Assembly: GCA_905178155.1 (NCBI GenBank)
Contig: CAJINV010000002.1
Location: 1,091,809 to 1,155,808, forward strand
Length of the DNA: 64,000 bases
Reading direction: 5' to 3'
Source of the DNA: Amoebophrya sp. A120
Lineage: Eukaryota > Protista > Dinoflagellata
Made by a program: the position numbers and the translations under genes. Each line of letters starts with the position of its first letter. Positions within the stretch are counted from its first letter, which is position 1. The notes beneath the pieces were generated by a model. The model was not told the origin of the DNA. It saw nothing but the letters and a program-made list of their open reading frames with translations, and ran no database searches. This document shows positions 12,590 to 25,366 of this stretch, one piece after another.

Positions 12590-15010
12590 TCACATCGCCC
12601 GTACCAAGCGGCCACCGTTCATCCCGAGCTTGTTGGTCATGGTATTGTTCCGGAGATTATTGCTGTTCCCGCCGACCATACTGCCCATCCCCCCGAACCC
12701 GGCATCCGACAACAGCATCAGGCTTCTCAAATCCGAACTTTTCACCTGTTTCGCGTACTCAAATACCCAATCCGGCAAGGGTTCCATATGGCGTTCTCAA
12801 ACGTGACACTCTCAACTGTTACACTTACATGGACTTGTAATGCAAGAACAGCAAAAGTAAAAGAGGCAACGTTACAGCTTTCGCATCACAGATTTGCCAC
12901 AGATTATCATGCTGCTTGGCCCTTCGAAAATTTGTCATGCTAAGCACCTTGATCAAGTGGAGGCTGATGGCAATTTTGCATCACGAATCCATGTAACAGT
13001 TGAGAATGTAGCGTTTGAGTACGCCATATTCCATGTCCTCGCGAAATTTCGGCTGCCAGTCCAGAAAGTTGTCCTCCAGGTACACCTATCAAATGCAAAA
13101 GTGTCTGGGTCGGGAAGAATGCGCGACTTGTCATGCAGCTTTTCCATGATCCATGAGGTCTGGAATGCAGGACCTAGCATGACAGATTCTGGGAAGTCTC
13201 TATCATACCTATCCTGCATGAGAAGACCGCTCGTGTTGGTCAAAAAAGGACACTTTTTGGTGATCACGCAACACAGATTTTTGTGTGACCCACAGGACGC
13301 ATCACAAGTTCCAACCTTCCAGACCCAGACATTTTTGCAGTGAATAACATCTGTCCCTCTTCCTCCAGGTCTTCCTCCTCGTTGATCGCTTCGTCCGCCC
13401 AATTCAGGCTCGATTTTTGCAGCACCGCCGGCTGGTGGGGCTGCTGCTTCGCGTGCTGTGGGATCCGGACGCCGCGGGCCGCCGTGCCAGCATGTGCCAT
13501 CATGTCTTTACTTGTACCTCCGGAGATCACCGTGCCCGAACTCGTTCCCGTTGGGGTCGGCAGGCCTGTTTTTGTTCCATTCCCATTCGTATTTATGTGA
13601 ACATTTTTTGGTTTTTTTCAAGCTATTAAATGCAATACCGACAAATCTTATTCTGGTTTCAATAACAAAACAAGCACTGTACTGTGTGGCTGCGTCAGGT
13701 GTCCGGATTTGTTCAACCCCTTCGCCATGGACAGAGACATGCTGGTATGGAATGGAAAACATCTTTATTTTGTCATGCTGTTTCGCAACATGATCATGAG
13801 CGCACACGTAAATAAGATCATCGTCAACCTCTTCATACAACTGATTATTCATTATTGCGCCATATTAGCTTCGACCGTATATGAGAAACAGCATGACAAC
13901 ATGCCTCATCATGTTCATCCTCGCACGAAGCCGTGTACTCGCTCAGGCTGGGGCTCGAAGACAAACTGCTACCGGAAGGAGAGGGCTGTAGTTTTAGTTG
14001 TAATTGCGTTTGAATTTGGTTTGCATGCATGCATGCATGGGAAAGAGGAATCGCATGTAGGTGTAGACATCATGACGTATGTGACACTCAGTTCCTCGTC
14101 ATGCACCACATTCACCCAAAAAAAAAATCTTCAGCAGCAAATTCTACTAACCTGTGCCACGACGCCCGACTTTGCAGTCTTCTTTCCACCTTCCTTCGCC
14201 TCGTCATCATTTGCAGAGGCGGCTTTCTTCTTGGCCCGCTTCTTCTTCGCCTTGGTCGCTGCAGATTCGTTGGTTGAATTTGTACCGGAGAAATCGGTCG
14301 CCTGATCATCTTTCCCGCCAGCAGCAAGAAGCACCGCTTCCTGTTTGTTGGCATCTTTGTCAGTGCTGGTACCAGAAGTTCTTTCAGCAGTGGCGGAGTT
14401 GATATTGCTGTTATCGCTCTTCTTCTTCATCTCATGACTTCCTTCCCCTTCCGATTCTTGTTTCTCATGATTCAAACTTTCCACCCGGACGGTAGAAGTT
14501 TTCGTCGCTCCGCCCGCAAAAGTTTTCGTTTTTTTCCATTTGTCCGCTTTATTTTTCTTGCTATTTTTTAAGTCCTTCTCCAGAAGCGCCGGGTGGATGT
14601 TTGCATCGTCTATTCCAACGTCTCCCACAGCGGAAGTCGTTCCAGTTGTTCCCAATAAAAGCCTATCCTGTGCAAAAGTATCGCACTCGTATAAATGCAT
14701 TACAAATTATTTCGATTTCCTCAGCAACAGCATGAGAAATAAAATTTGTAATGCGGATTTACCTATAAGAAAAAGAGTTGTAATGCATGATTGCAGTACG
14801 AGTACAATACTTTTGCACTGGATAAAGCCAGTCCGCCAGTTGAGTGATTGATTCGTAGAAATCTTTGACGAGCAGCTTCAGTGCTTTATCCACCTTGCTG
14901 TGCCCTACGTAGGACTTCAGAAAATAACCGACTGCACCAATAACGATGAGGGGAATCGCTATGCGATTGAAGTTCTCCTGTGCGGAAAACAAATCGTTGG
15001 CGAAGAACAT
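12590..15010 (-). CDS. Hypothetical protein with N-terminal transmembrane helix
   Basis: MFFANDLF..IAIPLIVIGAVGYFL start. Frame restored across elements 14664, 13087 and 12787 (..EGQ(M/V)YLEDNFLDWQPKFREDMEPLPDWVFEYAKQ..). The intron at ~13620-14150 is not resolved. Confidence 0.6.
12787..13028. mobile_element. Introner, family C (TIR CTCAAACG..CTCAACTGTTACA)
   Basis: DR ttcca/ttcca; frame restored. Confidence 0.9.
13087..13346. mobile_element. Introner, family B (reverse orientation)
   Basis: DR acacc/acatc; frame restored. Confidence 0.9.
14664..14824. mobile_element. Introner, family A
   Basis: DR aagcc/aagcc; frame restored. Confidence 0.92.
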
Positions 15011-15966
15011 TTTTTGGCTCTAATTTCTCACTGTCACTTGGTTATGGTTGAGCTGGAAATAAAATTTTTCTTCTAGTATATGTGCATCTACAAGTCGTTC
15101 GAGCTTGTTTGCCCAGGCTTCTAAATTGGTAGTCGTAGTCTGTTGAAGAATTCACGCGCATGCTACTGTAAACGAGAAAGACGAACCAGATGCACACGAC
15201 CACAATCGTAAAAGAAACAGACGGACAACGCATTTTTGGCGGAAAACAAAAATCGGACAAGGAATCGGAAGATGAACCCGTTGTTCCGATGAACAACAAT
15301 TAACAAAGAAAAGGAAAGCTAGCCAATAAGACTTTTGTACACACAGCCTCCTAGTAGGAGGTGATACTAACAACATGTGAGGTCGTGTAGCTCCTCGTCC
15401 TGGACGAGGTGCACCAGCAACAGGAGTTGTCTACTACCCTGTCGCGCTCCCCCGATTCAGTTTTTTCTGCCGGACGAAGGATAAATAGCTCCTGCTGCGT
15501 CTTGGTTGTATACAATTAGTGCTCAAAAACCAATCCAGACACATAGTACTTCTCATTTCGATCGTCCTTCATACGCATCGGCATCAGGACAGTGCGAAGA
15601 TTCTTTACCTGCTGTACTATTTTTTCTGTCCTTTCCAGAAAAAGTAATGTGCCGTCAACATCACGTTTAGGTCCTCCAAAAGAAAGAGAAACCATCTTTT
15701 CGCATGGCCGATCTGACGACGTGTGGTCGTGCGGTTCTACTCGGGAGAGAGTATTGGTATTCTTAATTTCTTGATTATTGGGTACGCTCCAAAAATGAAC
15801 TACGACTACTTCCCTGTTGTAGTGATGATGTTCACTAGCTTGTACGTACAACTTGATTTATTTCCAGCTATGTCCAGGAAGAAGAAACTAATCTTTGATG
15901 TTCCGTGGCCTCCACCAACGCCCGTCCTAGCCTAACATCATAGCGTTTCTTCACCATTATGAGCTA

Positions 15967-18463
15967 TCAGCACCCAAACAAGCAGCACCTTCTGGGCGGG
16001 TTTTTCCGCTCTTCTGCGAGGATCTCTTTCAGAATTTCCGAGGATTTCTGTGTGTCCGGGATTTTCTTACCCTGTTTCCAAACCTTGGAGGCGGACCGCT
16101 TGTTGGCATCCTCGTTCTTCTTATCCTGTGCAAAAGTATCGCACTCGTAGTAATGCTTGCGTTTATGCATTACAAATCTCCATCCCAAGGTAAAACAGCA
16201 TGACTAATTCCATTTGTCATGCTGAGCTAATTTGTATTGCAGTTACCACTACTACGATACTTTTGCAGTTCATATTTCTCCTCGTTGTTCGCGTTTTCCT
16301 TGTCCTGATTGGGACAGTTTTTCTTCGCATCCATGGAGGGCGAGGTCTTGCTGTCGGTTTTGTTCTCCTGCTCTCCTACTACCTCCAATTCGCTCGTCAC
16401 GATCTTATCAGCAACCAGCGAGTTCTTCTTGTTCCCTGCCTTCAACACTCGGGCCTGTTCATCTTGTTCACCCACGTTTTTCATCGGCATGAGAGGGCTG
16501 CTGATCACCACGGGGGAGGCTCCCGGCGTGGGGGAGGTCACCGTGATTGTCGGGATTACCACATCACGCGGGTTCAGCGTAGCTTCCGGACCGCCGATGA
16601 TAATATCCGAGTGGGAGGAAGTACGGGGAGATTTGATATTACCGGAGCCCAGCGGCGACTTCGCGTTCTGATCTTTCATGTTCTGGTGAATCGACCGAAT
16701 AAGGCTGTTGCGCACCGGGGGCGCATCATCTTCTGCAGGAGACTCGGTTTTTTTACTGGTTTCGATTTGTTCCCCTTCTGGCAGCTTTGTGCTGACCATG
16801 GCTGAGTTCTCCTTGACTGCAGCGGTGGAATCTGTGATGTTAGCGAAGATTGATAGATGTAAGAACACCTCCGGTCGTGGGGAGTTCTTTAGACGAAACA
16901 TGGCCGCGAACCAATTCTGTATTAAGTGAACCTGAACCCAAGCCCAAGAACTCCACGTCACAATCGAAAAATCTCCAATTTTCCTCGTATTCTTATGCTT
17001 ATGTCGTTCCTCGAGTCCATACCTTTGCTAACTACACTATCCATACCTTTGCTCATAACTACACAACTATCCATACCTTTGCTCTCCACCGTGCTCGTGC
17101 CGCTCGTGAGATCGCCTATCACCTCCTTAGCCGAGTCTGCAATCGCTGTACTCACCGCCTGATTCAAAAATTTCTCACGCATTTGTCATGCAGTGTAGCA
17201 ATTTGTCATGCAGTTTAGAAATTTGTCATGCAGTTTAGCAAAATGATTATTTATAATATGCACCGTATCGACAATCGCTCCGGCAGCTTCGATATCCTGT
17301 GCAAAAGTATCGCACTCGTAGCATTCGCAATTATGGATGACAAATCTCCTTTCCAAGACCAAGCTCAATCAGCATAACATATTCGATTTGTCATGCTAAG
17401 CGAATTTGTGATTGTTTTTGTATTGCAATCCGTACTAGTACGACACTTTTGCAATTCATATTCGATGTTTTGATCCTTGACGATACCCGCCACAACAATG
17501 TCTTCCATATCCTGTTGCGCTGGTACGCCTTTGACGTCTTTTTCAACCTGGGAATTTTATTCATGCAGAGGCATCGGAAAAAGGCAAGCATCATCGGCCT
17601 CATCAATTCAAATTCACTGAACGAGTACTGACTAGTACAGATAGAATTTTTATCTTGCAGCTATCTTCGCAAGAAATGCAGGTCGTTTGGTTTTGTCCGA
17701 ATATTAAATTTGCTCCACCGCAACTGATGTTCTTGCTGGCACAGCACCTAATACCTTTTGCGTGTTCTGGTCATCAGCTGCTGGAGTGCTGGAGTTTCTT
17801 GTCTCACTCGGCACCGGCTTCGTATTCGTTCCCACAACGCTGTTCTTGACCACAGAACGCTTCACCTCCGCCATATCAAATTGCACCGTCTCCCGCGCAT
17901 CCTGATCCTCATCAGCGGTCCCACGAGCCATCATATCAGTGGCCGACAATGGGGAAGAAGCAGATGCCGTGGTTTCTTTGCTAGCCGAAGTGGAGGTAAT
18001 ATGCTCCTTCTGGACGGCGCCAGCAGCTGAATCGGAGACAGCCGTGAAGTTAGACGTCGTGGTGACAGCAGAAGCAGCAGCATCTTTTTCTTTCGCGGAT
18101 GTTGCAGCTGCACTCTTGTCCCCAGCCAGGCGAGCGCCCGGCGTGCTTTGCTCACGAGTTGTTGTTTCTCGCCCGTTCTTCGCAGCATCCGAAGCGGTAG
18201 ACGTCGGCTCTTGAGCCCCTGCAGAAGTCGAAGTGGTTCGGCTCATAGTATCTTTGTTGCCTTGTTGTTCTGCCCCAGCTGCAGAAGTACTTGCGGAAGA
18301 TGCGTTGGTGTTTCGCCTCGATTTTTTCTTCTTTTTTTTCTCCGCGTTCTTACTCGAGGAACTGGTTTTCGAAGACACTTTCGTGATGCTCGCGGACCCA
18401 GACTCGGAGGTTACTGGCGGCACGACGGGCCACAGACGACGCCCTGAGAACCCACGAAGATCC
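15967..18463 (-). CDS. Low-complexity Ser/Thr/Lys-rich hypothetical protein ending RRCCLFGC
   Basis: Exons joined across a GT-AG intron at 17548-17754 and elements 17293 and 16122. A TTTTCAG acceptor at ~18463 suggests an upstream exon (possibly ORF 19747-20121). Some junctions are unresolved. Confidence 0.55.
16122..16274. mobile_element. Introner, family A
   Basis: DR cttct/tttct; frame restored. Confidence 0.9.
17181..17240. repeat. 3 x 20-bp tandem repeat built on the intronic motif (ATTTGTCATGCAGTTTAGCA)
   Basis: Directly visible; lies in a short intron. Confidence 0.85.
17293..17460. mobile_element. Introner, family A
   Basis: DR ttcga/ttcga; frame restored. Confidence 0.9.
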
Positions 18464-19086
18464 TGAAAAGATCACCCCCGACACCCCAGGGGGAGGGGTC
18501 GGAAAGATTCGGAGCGTCCGCCCCTCTGTAGCTTCCAGGGACAGCCTGCCGACGAAAGGGAAGCATAGACCGCTCGTGTAACGCGCGTTACACGAAGGTA
18601 TGGTAGATGTGAGAAAGGGCCAGACGCCCCGCGGGCGTTGCCACAAGCGCTAGCTTGCTGGGAGTGACAAATAACCACGCCCAACAAAGGCGAGCGAGTG
18701 GTCGCGCGGTTGTAAAAGCCCTGGCGCGACGCGGAACAATCTGGGGCCCGGCAATGGACGGAACTGCCCCCGTCCGCAGGGTCCATCTCGCTTCCATGGG
18801 CCAGATATACCCGAGCCCGAGGACAAGGCCAGGTCGGAAATGGTCCAGCAAAAGACGGCGCACTAGCCCCAAAGCGAGTTTTTTTTTTGATTCAAAAACG
18901 AAGCCGCTGAATTTGTTGAATCAAAGAAACAGCCCGTGTTTCAAGGGTAGAAAGGCCACTTCTTGAACCCCGAACAAAGGATCCGACCAAGGTTCAAACA
19001 ATGTTCAAAGTCGCCAATCACGGCGGTATGGCGAAAGCTTCAGAGGCCAAAAAAAAGTTCCTAAAAAGTTCCGTTCAAGATCCGAT

Positions 19087-19228
19087 AAAGTTCCGATCAA
19101 GATCCTGTCCAGAGGACACTTTTTTGGCCACTTTTTTGCGCCGCCAAATCCATAGATTCTAGGCGGGGGAGGGGCCAGGAAAAGCGGCGAAAAAAGTGTC
19201 CTCTGGACAGGATCTTGATCGGAACTTT
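19087..19228. repeat. Perfect 39-bp inverted repeat with 64-bp spacer
   Basis: 19087-19125 is the exact reverse complement of 19190-19228. Confidence 0.9.
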
Positions 19229-21577
19229 TGAAAATGGAGATGGCGGCCATGAACTCTGGAAAATGGCCCCGTGCCTGGCCGAATTCCACTGGAGAATGCT
19301 CCTGAGTACAAAAATTGTGCCGCGGGGAGAAAACTCCCACCCTTGTTTGACATGCTTTCTGCAGGATTGGCCTGCCGATCCCCGCGACCCCAAGAAGCAA
19401 AACACTTGGCACCACATCGCGCCAAAGGCCATCGCCTCTCTGCGGGCTCCCGGATGCTGGGCAGGTAGAATGCCTGCGGTCGAAACACCTCCGCGCCACC
19501 CCCTTTCCAATGTCCAAGACTACCGCGAAAAAACTACAGAAGCACACCAGAAGGGGGGGCAAAAGGACACGCTGGCCGCGGCGGGCGGCGCGTTCCCTGG
19601 CGGCTGGCCCGCGCCAAGTTTTGCGTGGCCGTAAAATACCGACATACCCCCGCAACGGGAAAAAAAATCGCGCTTCCCAAACAGGGCGGCCCTCGGGATA
19701 GGCTCGGCAGCTATGCGACACGCCCAGAAAAGGCCGCGCAAATTTGCTATACAAAGGAGGCAAAGCGAAGGCCAAAACATTGGGCCTGATTCGTAATTTC
19801 GGGGCGCCGAAGTAGCCCAGCGGCCAGGATCTTGATAGGATCTTTTTGGGATCTCAGACGAGCTGAAGTGGCCCGGCGTTCCGTGAGTAAGGAGGAAATC
19901 CGTAAGTTGTCGCCCGTAACCAGGGAGGTTTTGGACGTCCCAGAAAGCAGACTAGCGGTGGACTCGTGCAGTTTCGCAATAGAAACTATCTGCTCTTCCG
20001 CAGAATCCAAATCCGAATTCGCCCACCAATCGTCGCTGTCCTTCGGAGCGGCGGGGGCTTTCTTCTGTGCGGACGGCATGATCCCTTTGCCTTTTAGTTT
20101 TGCTGGTCGTTCTTGAAACAATGAAAATCAATGAGAAAAATGTTTACACAAAGTATGTGAAACCTTAGTTCGCAATTCCACCTGTCCCGCTTTTGTTCCT
20201 TCAAATTTGATTCTATTCAGGAAGCTCCTGCGCTATACAAGTTCTTTCTGAGTTTCACTGTCAAACTTCAAGCCCAGAACCTTGCTCCTTTGCCGATCGT
20301 CCACATTCACCTACGCCCCTGCTGTTGCTGTATCATGTCCAAAGACACTCCAAAAGAAACTTTAGCATAAACTTCTACCTAAGAACGCTGCGAAAGGGGA
20401 GTCTCTTCCATCAGGCAGCAAAAGGATACTTAAAACTGGGATCTTGATCTCGACCTTGACGCAAAGAAAACTGCAACGAGCCGAAAAGCCTAGACCTGGT
20501 CGACGGTGGTAACGAAGCAAACACGTGCCAACGTCCTGATAAATGTGATCGCCGTCCTCGCGGCCACGAGACCTGCGCGCGGTCTAAAAAATAAACACGT
20601 AACCGCCATAAGCAGTGTGCTGTGGGTGCGCGTGATTGTGAAAGAGAGGGAAAATAGATGAACCGAGAATTTTCAAAATGGATCCGCAGCAGCTGCAACA
20701 GCATGTAAAAGCGAACGAACCATGGCTGGGTGTTAAAATGTGGAGCGGAGACCACGACAGCAGGCGATGAAACCACAGATCCTATGCATGATCGCGCCGA
20801 TGAACAACAAAGGCGTGACTTCTGTCATGAAGACGACATGATGCCTAATGGAAAAAAGGCCTGCAGGTGAGGTGCATTTGTTACAACTGCATTGATTTGT
20901 TCATCTCACCGCTGCATTTAATATTTTCACAAAATTTGTACAGAAATACAGAAATTCATTCGATCAGGCAGCGGCGGACTCGTGGTTTCGCACAGAAACC
21001 ACGCTTTAGGAGTACAGGACCTCTGCCTTCTTCAACTGTACAGGAATTGTTCGTTTGTTGATATTAAATTCAAGCTGGTCGTGTCTGATAAATCCGGTAG
21101 CTTAATAGCTGGGTTTGAAATTGTCTGATTAAACTTCAAGCTTGTCAACAGCTGCTGCTAGACCACTTCTGGGCGCGAATCTAGCGCAGCACTTTCGTAT
21201 TTGTCTGATTTATCGAGAAAAAGTCTGATCTATTTTTGTCTATTTCCGTATCACTCTAATTCCAGTAAACTGTTTTTGTGTCGTGTCAGCTCTGATAGCT
21301 GTGTCTGATTAAACTCTAACAGGTCCTTGGTGGAGCTTCGCGAGCGGCTCAGATGAAGCCGCTGCGTTGTGTCTAGCTGTATCAGCGTATCGTGTCTGTT
21401 TCTGATTATATATATTAGCGCAAATAACAGGTAAAACATCGGCTTTTCGATATTAGTAGTCTCAGGTATGGTCGTACGATTCAAGTCCTCTGCTTGCTTG
21501 ATGTGGCGTTGTCTTTTTCAAAAGTAGAAAACAATGTCTGTGCTTGCACTTCTCCATCCTATCAAGAAGCCGTCACC

Positions 21578-24500
21578 TCACATTCCCAACGCAGACTTCA
21601 ACTCCGGCAGATCCGCACAGCACGAGGCCACATCCAGCGCAAATGTCCTCGCTTCCTCGGCATTAGAAATCGCGTACTCATCGCCAGCGACGGCGGCAAT
21701 TTTGGTCCAATCTTCGCCCACGGTCGCTGATGTTGATTTTTTTTCATGTTTCGCTTATTTTGGAATTAAAGGAAACAAAATCTCATGCTAGAGCTAGAAG
21801 CTCCTGTCAATGTCCTGCACGCTTCGCTATTTCAATCAAACACTTGCAGTTCGCATACAAAAAAAAAAATTCTACCGTCTATCCACACTTCTCGTTCCCC
21901 TCCTTTCCGCACTGCCGGCCGGATGGATTCTAACAGGGAGAAAAAATTCACGTCCGCATTGATCCGCATGCCGCCGAGGAGGTGGCATCCTGTGCAAAAG
22001 TATCGCACGACTCATAGTAATTGGAGTCATGCATTACAAGTCTTTTTATTGACGTAAAGCCGCATTACAAATTTCATTTCTTATGCTGAAAATTTGTAAG
22101 TAATGCATTTATACGAGTACGAGAATACTTTTGCAATGCATAAGTGGCTGAGCTTGACGACCTCGCCGCCGATACCCCCAATCAACTCCACTACGGCCGC
22201 GCAGGGAACAAAATTGTCGCTGTCCGCGATGGATTTCAAGACACACCGGAGCTTCGCCAGACAGAAGGGGCCTGAGATGGACCATAATTTTTAGCATCAG
22301 AATGTGATATCATGTGTAGATCTACGAAAGAAATGAAAAGCACTTGCTCATGCACATAATTTCTTTTTCGTTCTCAATTCTCAAGGATAAATCGTCACAT
22401 CAAAAAAACTTAAAGTTCAACAACTTTAGCACCTTCCTTTCCCGCCTTCAAGCCGTCTACCAACCCCTTTTTCAATTCCACTAGCGATGCCGCTACTGGC
22501 ACCTTTCCCGCCACTACTGCTTCGTCGTCCGTTGGCTGTCCAATGTTTGGCAGGTTCTTCTCTGCCTTTTCGAACATGAGATTGTCTTCGTGCACCTTGT
22601 GACTCGTCTTTACCTTGGCTAATGATATCCACCTGTGTGCAAAAGGTACCGTGCTTGTAGTATGACTAATTGACACCAGTAGATGCGCCTTGCTAGTACC
22701 TGACTGCTCTGCATGACAGATTCCATTTCTATTTTGAGAAACAATCCAGATTACTAGCAGTAGCACGATATCAGTTTTGCAACGCATAAATGACGTGTGG
22801 CAGCTGAAACTAGAATTCTTTCCGAACGCGTGGTGGCCGGTTGCGTATCAGGGGGTAAAGCGTTAACGTCGGCAGTTTAGATCGCACATTGCAGCCAGGC
22901 ATGACATTGACAGGTTCTGGTTGTCATGCGTGCTAGGCAAAACACAAATTTCTAGGCTACAAATTCGCTCGCGTGAGCGTTTTTGCATCACAAATTGAAA
23001 TTTTGTTTTTTCCGTATCCGTTAACGCGTTTTTTTCCAGTGATAGTGCGGCAGACGCATTCAGGGAAGACCGGATGTAGGCTGTTTTGGTGTTTACTTTT
23101 TTATCCTGTGCTGTAAAAGTATCACAGTCGTTCATAGATGAATCTCGTTCATGCATTCCAAATCTCGTTCTTTAGGTGAAATTCCGTTTCTCATCATGCT
23201 GAGAGAGTGCGCAACAGTCAACATCACAAAAACAAAAGCTGTACATTTTGCTGATTTCAGCTGCTCGGAGTAGAATGTAATTGGCACGTCAGTGGCGTAC
23301 TTCACCGTGGTTTTCACGTCACTTCTTGTTCTCAACGGCTCCGCAACCCGCCTTGTGGCTTCCACTGTGATAGGATTGGATTTTCGATTCAACTTCGCAG
23401 TTTCGATGCCCCTTCTCATGCACAAGACACAGAGAAATCATCTTCACGTCTGTCATGCACTACCTACAACGAGCACAAGCATTTGGAATTATTGCGCACC
23501 GTCAACATGATGCATGTAGATGTAGCAAAACAATGATCTTCACTTTGAAAAAATCAAAATTTCAATACTCCTTGGCACCATGTCCTGCGTCGTTGTTGTT
23601 GGGAAGGGAAAAATACACTTGTCTTTCTCGACCTGCTCTACCTCCTTCATATACTGCTCTGCGAACTCAACTGCCTTGTCGGCATGTTGCAGCTCTCTTG
23701 CTATCCGCTGTAAAAGCATGGTAATAAGTAGCAGAAATCGCATCACAAATGCGGTCAGCATGAAAAATGAAATAGAAATTTGTAATGTTGGATAGGGTAC
23801 AAAAAAATAGATCTGTCACGACGCATGACTGCCATTGCTACGAGTACGATACTTTTGCAATGCATACTTGGACCGGCGGAACTAAAGTTGTCTTCTGCGT
23901 GCGCGTCGAGGTTGCCTTCTCGCTGGGTTTAGATTATTTTTGAGAAGCACTACAAACAAAATACTCAGCTTTGTCTACTCAATCTTAACTACGCATGACA
24001 AGTTGGATCTGCAGCTGCATTGTTGATCATTCGCTTCTACTTTTTATGCATTGCACACTCATCAAAAACGCCCAGGGAAAGCAATGAGTTATACGAAAAA
24101 CTTCCCCGTTTCGCCGCTTGACCTTTCCAGCTTGTCGTACGTCTATGGAAAGGAAAAAAACTGCACGGTGCTCCTGCTCTCTTGGTTTTGAATGCGATCA
24201 ATCAAAGCACAAGCTGAAAAATTGCCGTCGGTTTGGCCTCCGTCCCATGCACAAGTTGTCCATGCGTTTTGAGACTGAATGAAAATGTTAGACGAAGACA
24301 ACTGTCTTCAACATTGCCTTCTATGAGTAAATTGCCCGAGGAAAAGGCACGTACGATCAAAACCTGAGCAGTATCACGACCCCGCTGCATTTCACCATGG
24401 CGTACTACCCTGTGCCCGTATACCCTCTGGAAGGTGTCATCTGTTTCTTTTACCTCACTCGGTTTCTGTTGTAGAGGTTGGGTTTTGATGATGATGATGA

Positions 24501-25366
24501 TGATGATGGTATCTATGAATTGCTATTGCAAAAGTATTGTAATCGTACTGGAGCTGGACTAGTTGTTGTATTGATGGCATTACAAATTTGCTCAGCACGA
24601 CAACTGCGGTTTGTCATGCTAAGTCACGGTATTATAAAAACCGGATTTATTGTCATGCACTATTGCAACTACCAGCCACGTGTAGAAGTCTTCTATACCT
24701 TGGTAAAGTCCTTTAAGAGTCCACTCCGCCTGACGTGCCTATGGAAGCGTCAGGTTTGAAATCGACAAAGTTGAACAAATGGTTTGTCATGCATAGAAGG
24801 CAAGGCATGAAGTGCCTGTCTTGCCGGGATGGCAAGTGGGGCAGGTTGTGAGCCTATTTAGGGCTTGGGGTAGAACTGCTAAAAGAGCACGACGAAAGCA
24901 GTCTTCTGTGCCCAAACAGCATGACAAATTGGATTCGGGTGATCCAAAAATTTGTCATGCGCCGCTTGATAAGTGGGCTTCCAGCTGGTATCCGTTTTAT
25001 GCATTGCAAATTATTTCAACCTTGACGATTTCAATCCTGACACTCCGATAGTGCCTCTGTGGGATGTATCGGCCTTGCCCTGTCTGCTCTCGGAGAACCA
25101 GCTCTTCATACCAGTTGGCCTATGCATTGCAAAAGTATCGCACTCGTATAAATGCATTACAAATTTCCTCAGCATGAGAAAGAAAATTTGTAATGCAGAT
25201 TTGCCTTGGAAACAAGATTTGTAATGCAAGACTTGCTCTTGCATTTGTACGAGTACGATACTTTTGCACAGGATATGGCCATCAAAGTGCCAAATTTGAT
25301 GAACCGGTGGTGCTGGAACGTCGGATCCGTGAGCGCCTGATTGTAGGCGTCATCGGAGGCCAACAT
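21578..25366 (-). CDS. SPAG8-like NWE-motif axonemal microtubule inner protein with degenerate calcyphosin-like C-terminal region
   Basis: Spliced peptides TLMANWYEELVLREQTGQGRYIP, DDTFQRVYG, GPRE, YATDVPITFYSEQL, AFGKNSSFS, then NFFSLLESIRPAV..EREVWID. Family resemblance recognised by eye. Several junctions between 23900 and 24700 are unresolved. Confidence 0.55.
21986..22142. mobile_element. Introner, family A (reverse orientation; left end CAT)
   Basis: DR ggtgg/agtgg; frame restored. Confidence 0.85.
22626..22788. mobile_element. Introner, family A (diverged)
   Basis: DR aatga/aatga; frame restored. Confidence 0.82.
22846..23044. mobile_element. Introner, family L (TIR AAAGCGYTAACG)
   Basis: DR ttgcg/gtgcg; frame restored. 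Confidence 0.8.
23102..23245. mobile_element. Degenerate introner, family A-like
   Basis: Left TIR recognisable, right end ACA instead of ATA; DR ttttt/ttttg; frame restored. Confidence 0.55.
23702..23866. mobile_element. Introner, family A
   Basis: DR cttgc/cttgg; frame restored. Confidence 0.82.
24740..25050. mobile_element. Introner, family D
   Basis: DR gtgcc/gtgcc; frame restored. Confidence 0.9.
25121..25275. mobile_element. Introner, family A
   Basis: DR tggcc/tggcc; TLMA|NWYEE. Confidence 0.92.

Noticed and set aside
15008-15021. Spliced-leader-like CATTTTTTGGCTC
   Set aside because: On the strand opposite to the gene and only a partial match.
21860-22270. Noc2-like or E1-like (Aos1/APPBP1) assignment
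   Set aside because: Only superficial similarity; the flanking exons fit a SPAG8-like/calcyphosin-like protein better.
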